Positions 24,956-26,810 of a DNA stretch of 26,810 nucleotides are shown one piece after another; position 1 is the first letter of the stretch, and each line of letters starts with the position of its first letter. The stretch is from contig JBBRLJ010000060.1 in the NCBI GenBank assembly GCA_038231435.1, positions 1 to 26,810 of the forward strand. The letters run 5' to 3'. A program made the position numbers and the translations under genes. The stretch comes from Planctomycetota bacterium. GTDB taxonomy: Bacteria > Planctomycetota > UBA11346. The notes under the pieces are model-generated. The model saw only the letters and a list, made by a program, of their open reading frames with translations, was not told the DNA's origin and did no database searches.

Positions 24956-25051
24956 GCCTCGACTCGGCATCCACCGATCGCCGATGCACCCATCGCTCCA
25001 CCCGCTGATTGTGCGCCGACCGCGTCGGTTAGGATCCAGCCACTGACCGGC

Positions 25052-25456
25052 ATGCGCATCGGCCTGAAAATCGTCGTGCCCCGCCGCGTTCCCTCGCAGA
25101 ACGCCTCGATGTACCGTCACTGGAGCGCGTACACCAAGGAGCGCGACGCCTGGTTCATCCTGCTGCGCTCGCAGCTCCCGCCGCGCGAGCCGCCCGCCGA
25201 ACCGGTACGCATCGTCCTGCACAGCTACCGCGTGCGCCTGGTCGACTACGCGAATCTGGTGGGCGGAGCCAAGCCCATCCCCGACAGCCTCATCCGCCTC
25301 GGCTACCTGAAGGACGACAGTCCGCGCTGGTTCGCCTGCGACTACTTCCAATCCCAGGTGCCCAAGGGCACCGAGCGCACCGAGATCGAATTCATCCCCT
25401 GGTCGGCGAATCTCGGCGACATCTCGGCGGATGGCGATGGCCTCGACCCGCGCTGA
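25052..25456 (+). CDS. RusA-like Holliday junction resolvase family protein
   Basis: PSQN near the N-terminus; D-Y-A-N...K...D.L...G...DDS resembles RusA D-x-D-N..K...D.L...G...DD. Confidence 0.6.
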   Translation: MRIGLKIVVPRRVPSQNASMYRHWSAYTKERDAWFILLRSQLPPREPPAEPVRIVLHSYRVRLVDYANLVGGAKPIPDSLIRLGYLKDDSPRWFACDYFQSQVPKGTERTEIEFIPWSANLGDISADGDGLDPR

Positions 25457-26633
25457 TCCGGCCCGCTCCGGACTCCGACGACCGCCCCGACTTCCCAAAC
25501 GTCCCGGACCTGCCGACGAGGCTCACGTAGGCTTCGCTGGAGGCGAGGCGCAGGCTGAGCTGCTCGCCTGGTACCGCGTCAACGCCCGTGACCTGCCGTG
25601 GCGGCGCACCCGCGATCCCTACCGCATCCTGGTCTCCGAGATGATGCTGCAGCAGACCCAGGTCGACCGGGTGGTGCCGTTCTACGAACGCTTCCTGACG
25701 CTGTTCCCCGATGAACGCGCACTCGCCGACGCGCCGCTCGAGGCCATCCATCGCGCATGGAAGGGACTCGGCTATCCCAGCCGCGTCGAGCGCCTGCAGG
25801 CCGCCTGCCGCCAGGTCCTCGAGCGCGGAGGCGCATGGCCCAGCACACCGGATGGCCTGCGCGAACTGCCCGGCATCGGCCCGTATACCGCTGGCGCGGT
25901 GGCATGCTTCGCCTTCGCCGCCGTGGTGCCGATCGTGGATACCAATGTCGCGCGCGTCTACGCGCGCCGCGATGGCCTGGCCATGCCCATCGATCGCGCG
26001 GCGATCTGGCCGCACGTGGCCGCGCAGGTGGATCGCGGCGACCCGATCGCCTACAACAACGCCCTGATGGAGCTCGGCGCGCTGGTGTGCCGCGCGCGCG
26101 CGCCGCTGTGCGCACGCTGCCCGTGGTCGGCGCGTTGCGCCAGCCGCGATGACGCCCAGGCCCAGGCCGCGACCTCGAACCCGCTCAAGGTCGCTACCAA
26201 GACCGTGGCCTACGGCGTCGAGGTCGACCGTTCGAAGCCCCGTCAGCGCATCGTGCTTGCTCTCATCCACCACGAAGGCCGCTACCTGGTGTCCCGGCGC
26301 AAGGCCGGGACCGAACTGGGCGGCTTCTGGGAGCTCCCCGGCGGCAAGCGCGAAGCCTGCGAGGACGATCGCGAGGCGGTCACGCGCGAAGTGCGCGAGG
26401 AACTCGGCGGCGAGGTCCTGTCCGCACGCGCTCTGATGACCTTTTCCCACGCATACCCCGAACGCTTCCTCACCTTCCACGTCTACCGCATCCGCCTCTT
26501 CAATCCCGACGAGGTGAAGCCGCTCGCGAGCGACGAACTGACATGGGTGACCCCCGCCGAATTCATCGCCTTGCCATTCCCCCCAGCGAACCAAGCCATC
26601 ATCGAACGCCTAACGCGCTATCACCGCTTATGA
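25431..26633 (+). CDS. mutY: A/G-specific adenine glycosylase MutY fused to a MutT-like Nudix hydrolase (start uncertain)
   Basis: RDLPWR, SEMMLQQT, WKGLGY, LPGIGPYTA, VDTNVARV, C-x6-C-x2-C-x5-C; C-terminal WELPGGKREACEDDREAVTREVREELG and FPPAN. Confidence 0.92.
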   Translation: MAMASTRADPARSGLRRPPRLPKRPGPADEAHVGFAGGEAQAELLAWYRVNARDLPWRRTRDPYRILVSEMMLQQTQVDRVVPFYERFLTLFPDERALADAPLEAIHRAWKGLGYPSRVERLQAACRQVLERGGAWPSTPDGLRELPGIGPYTAGAVACFAFAAVVPIVDTNVARVYARRDGLAMPIDRAAIWPHVAAQVDRGDPIAYNNALMELGALVCRARAPLCARCPWSARCASRDDAQAQAATSNPLKVATKTVAYGVEVDRSKPRQRIVLALIHHEGRYLVSRRKAGTELGGFWELPGGKREACEDDREAVTREVREELGGEVLSARALMTFSHAYPERFLTFHVYRIRLFNPDEVKPLASDELTWVTPAEFIALPFPPANQAIIERLTRYHRL

Positions 26634-26638
26634 CATTC

Positions 26639-26793
26639 AGGGGCTTCGCCCCTACGGCCCTATCGGGCCTACCCCCCGGGCTTTGTCGGGGCTCGATGTC
26701 TTCGCTGCGCTGCGACATCGTCGGCGGATGGGCTGCGCCCATTGTATCCGCCGACCGCACCTCGGCGCCCGCCCCATCGCTGAGCGACGGGGC
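26639..26793. repeat. Chain of five stem-loops; the first two resemble the double-hairpin repeat arm
   Basis: AGGGGC-TTC-GCCCCT, GGCCC-TATC-GGGCC, CGATGTC..GACATCG, GTCGGCGGAT..ATCCGCCGAC, GCCCC..GGGGC. Confidence 0.65.
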
Positions 26794-26810
26794 CCCCGTC
26801 TATTTATTGG

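Overview
High-GC bacterial chromosomal window of about 29 CDS. The taxon cannot be established from sequence alone; a Planctomycetota-like diderm is my inference. It opens with the 3' end and right terminus of an ISL3 element. Housekeeping genes: gmk, surE, truA, pcnB, polyprenyl synthase, GT9 heptosyltransferase, ubiE/menG, a PTPS, a LipM-like ligase and mutY. Regulatory units: two divergent AraC + enzyme pairs (PhyH dioxygenase; ADP-ribosylglycohydrolase), an HTH-REC regulator, and a GAF-PP2C/anti-sigma/STAS partner switch. Most unusual signals: (1) a tightly coupled 4-gene membrane operon of an S26 signal-peptidase homolog lacking the catalytic Lys, two unknown membrane proteins and ClpS; (2) a family of intergenic double-hairpin repeats with compensatory base changes, forming REPIN/MITE-like doublets; (3) four tandem 12-bp direct repeats abutting the STAS gene RBS; (4) MutY fused to an intact MutT-like Nudix domain next to a non-prophage RusA-like gene; (5) a 4xLysM protein with Phe-studded G/S/T disordered arms. 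No CRISPR array, tRNA or rRNA was seen. All family calls come from visual motif recognition, not database searches.
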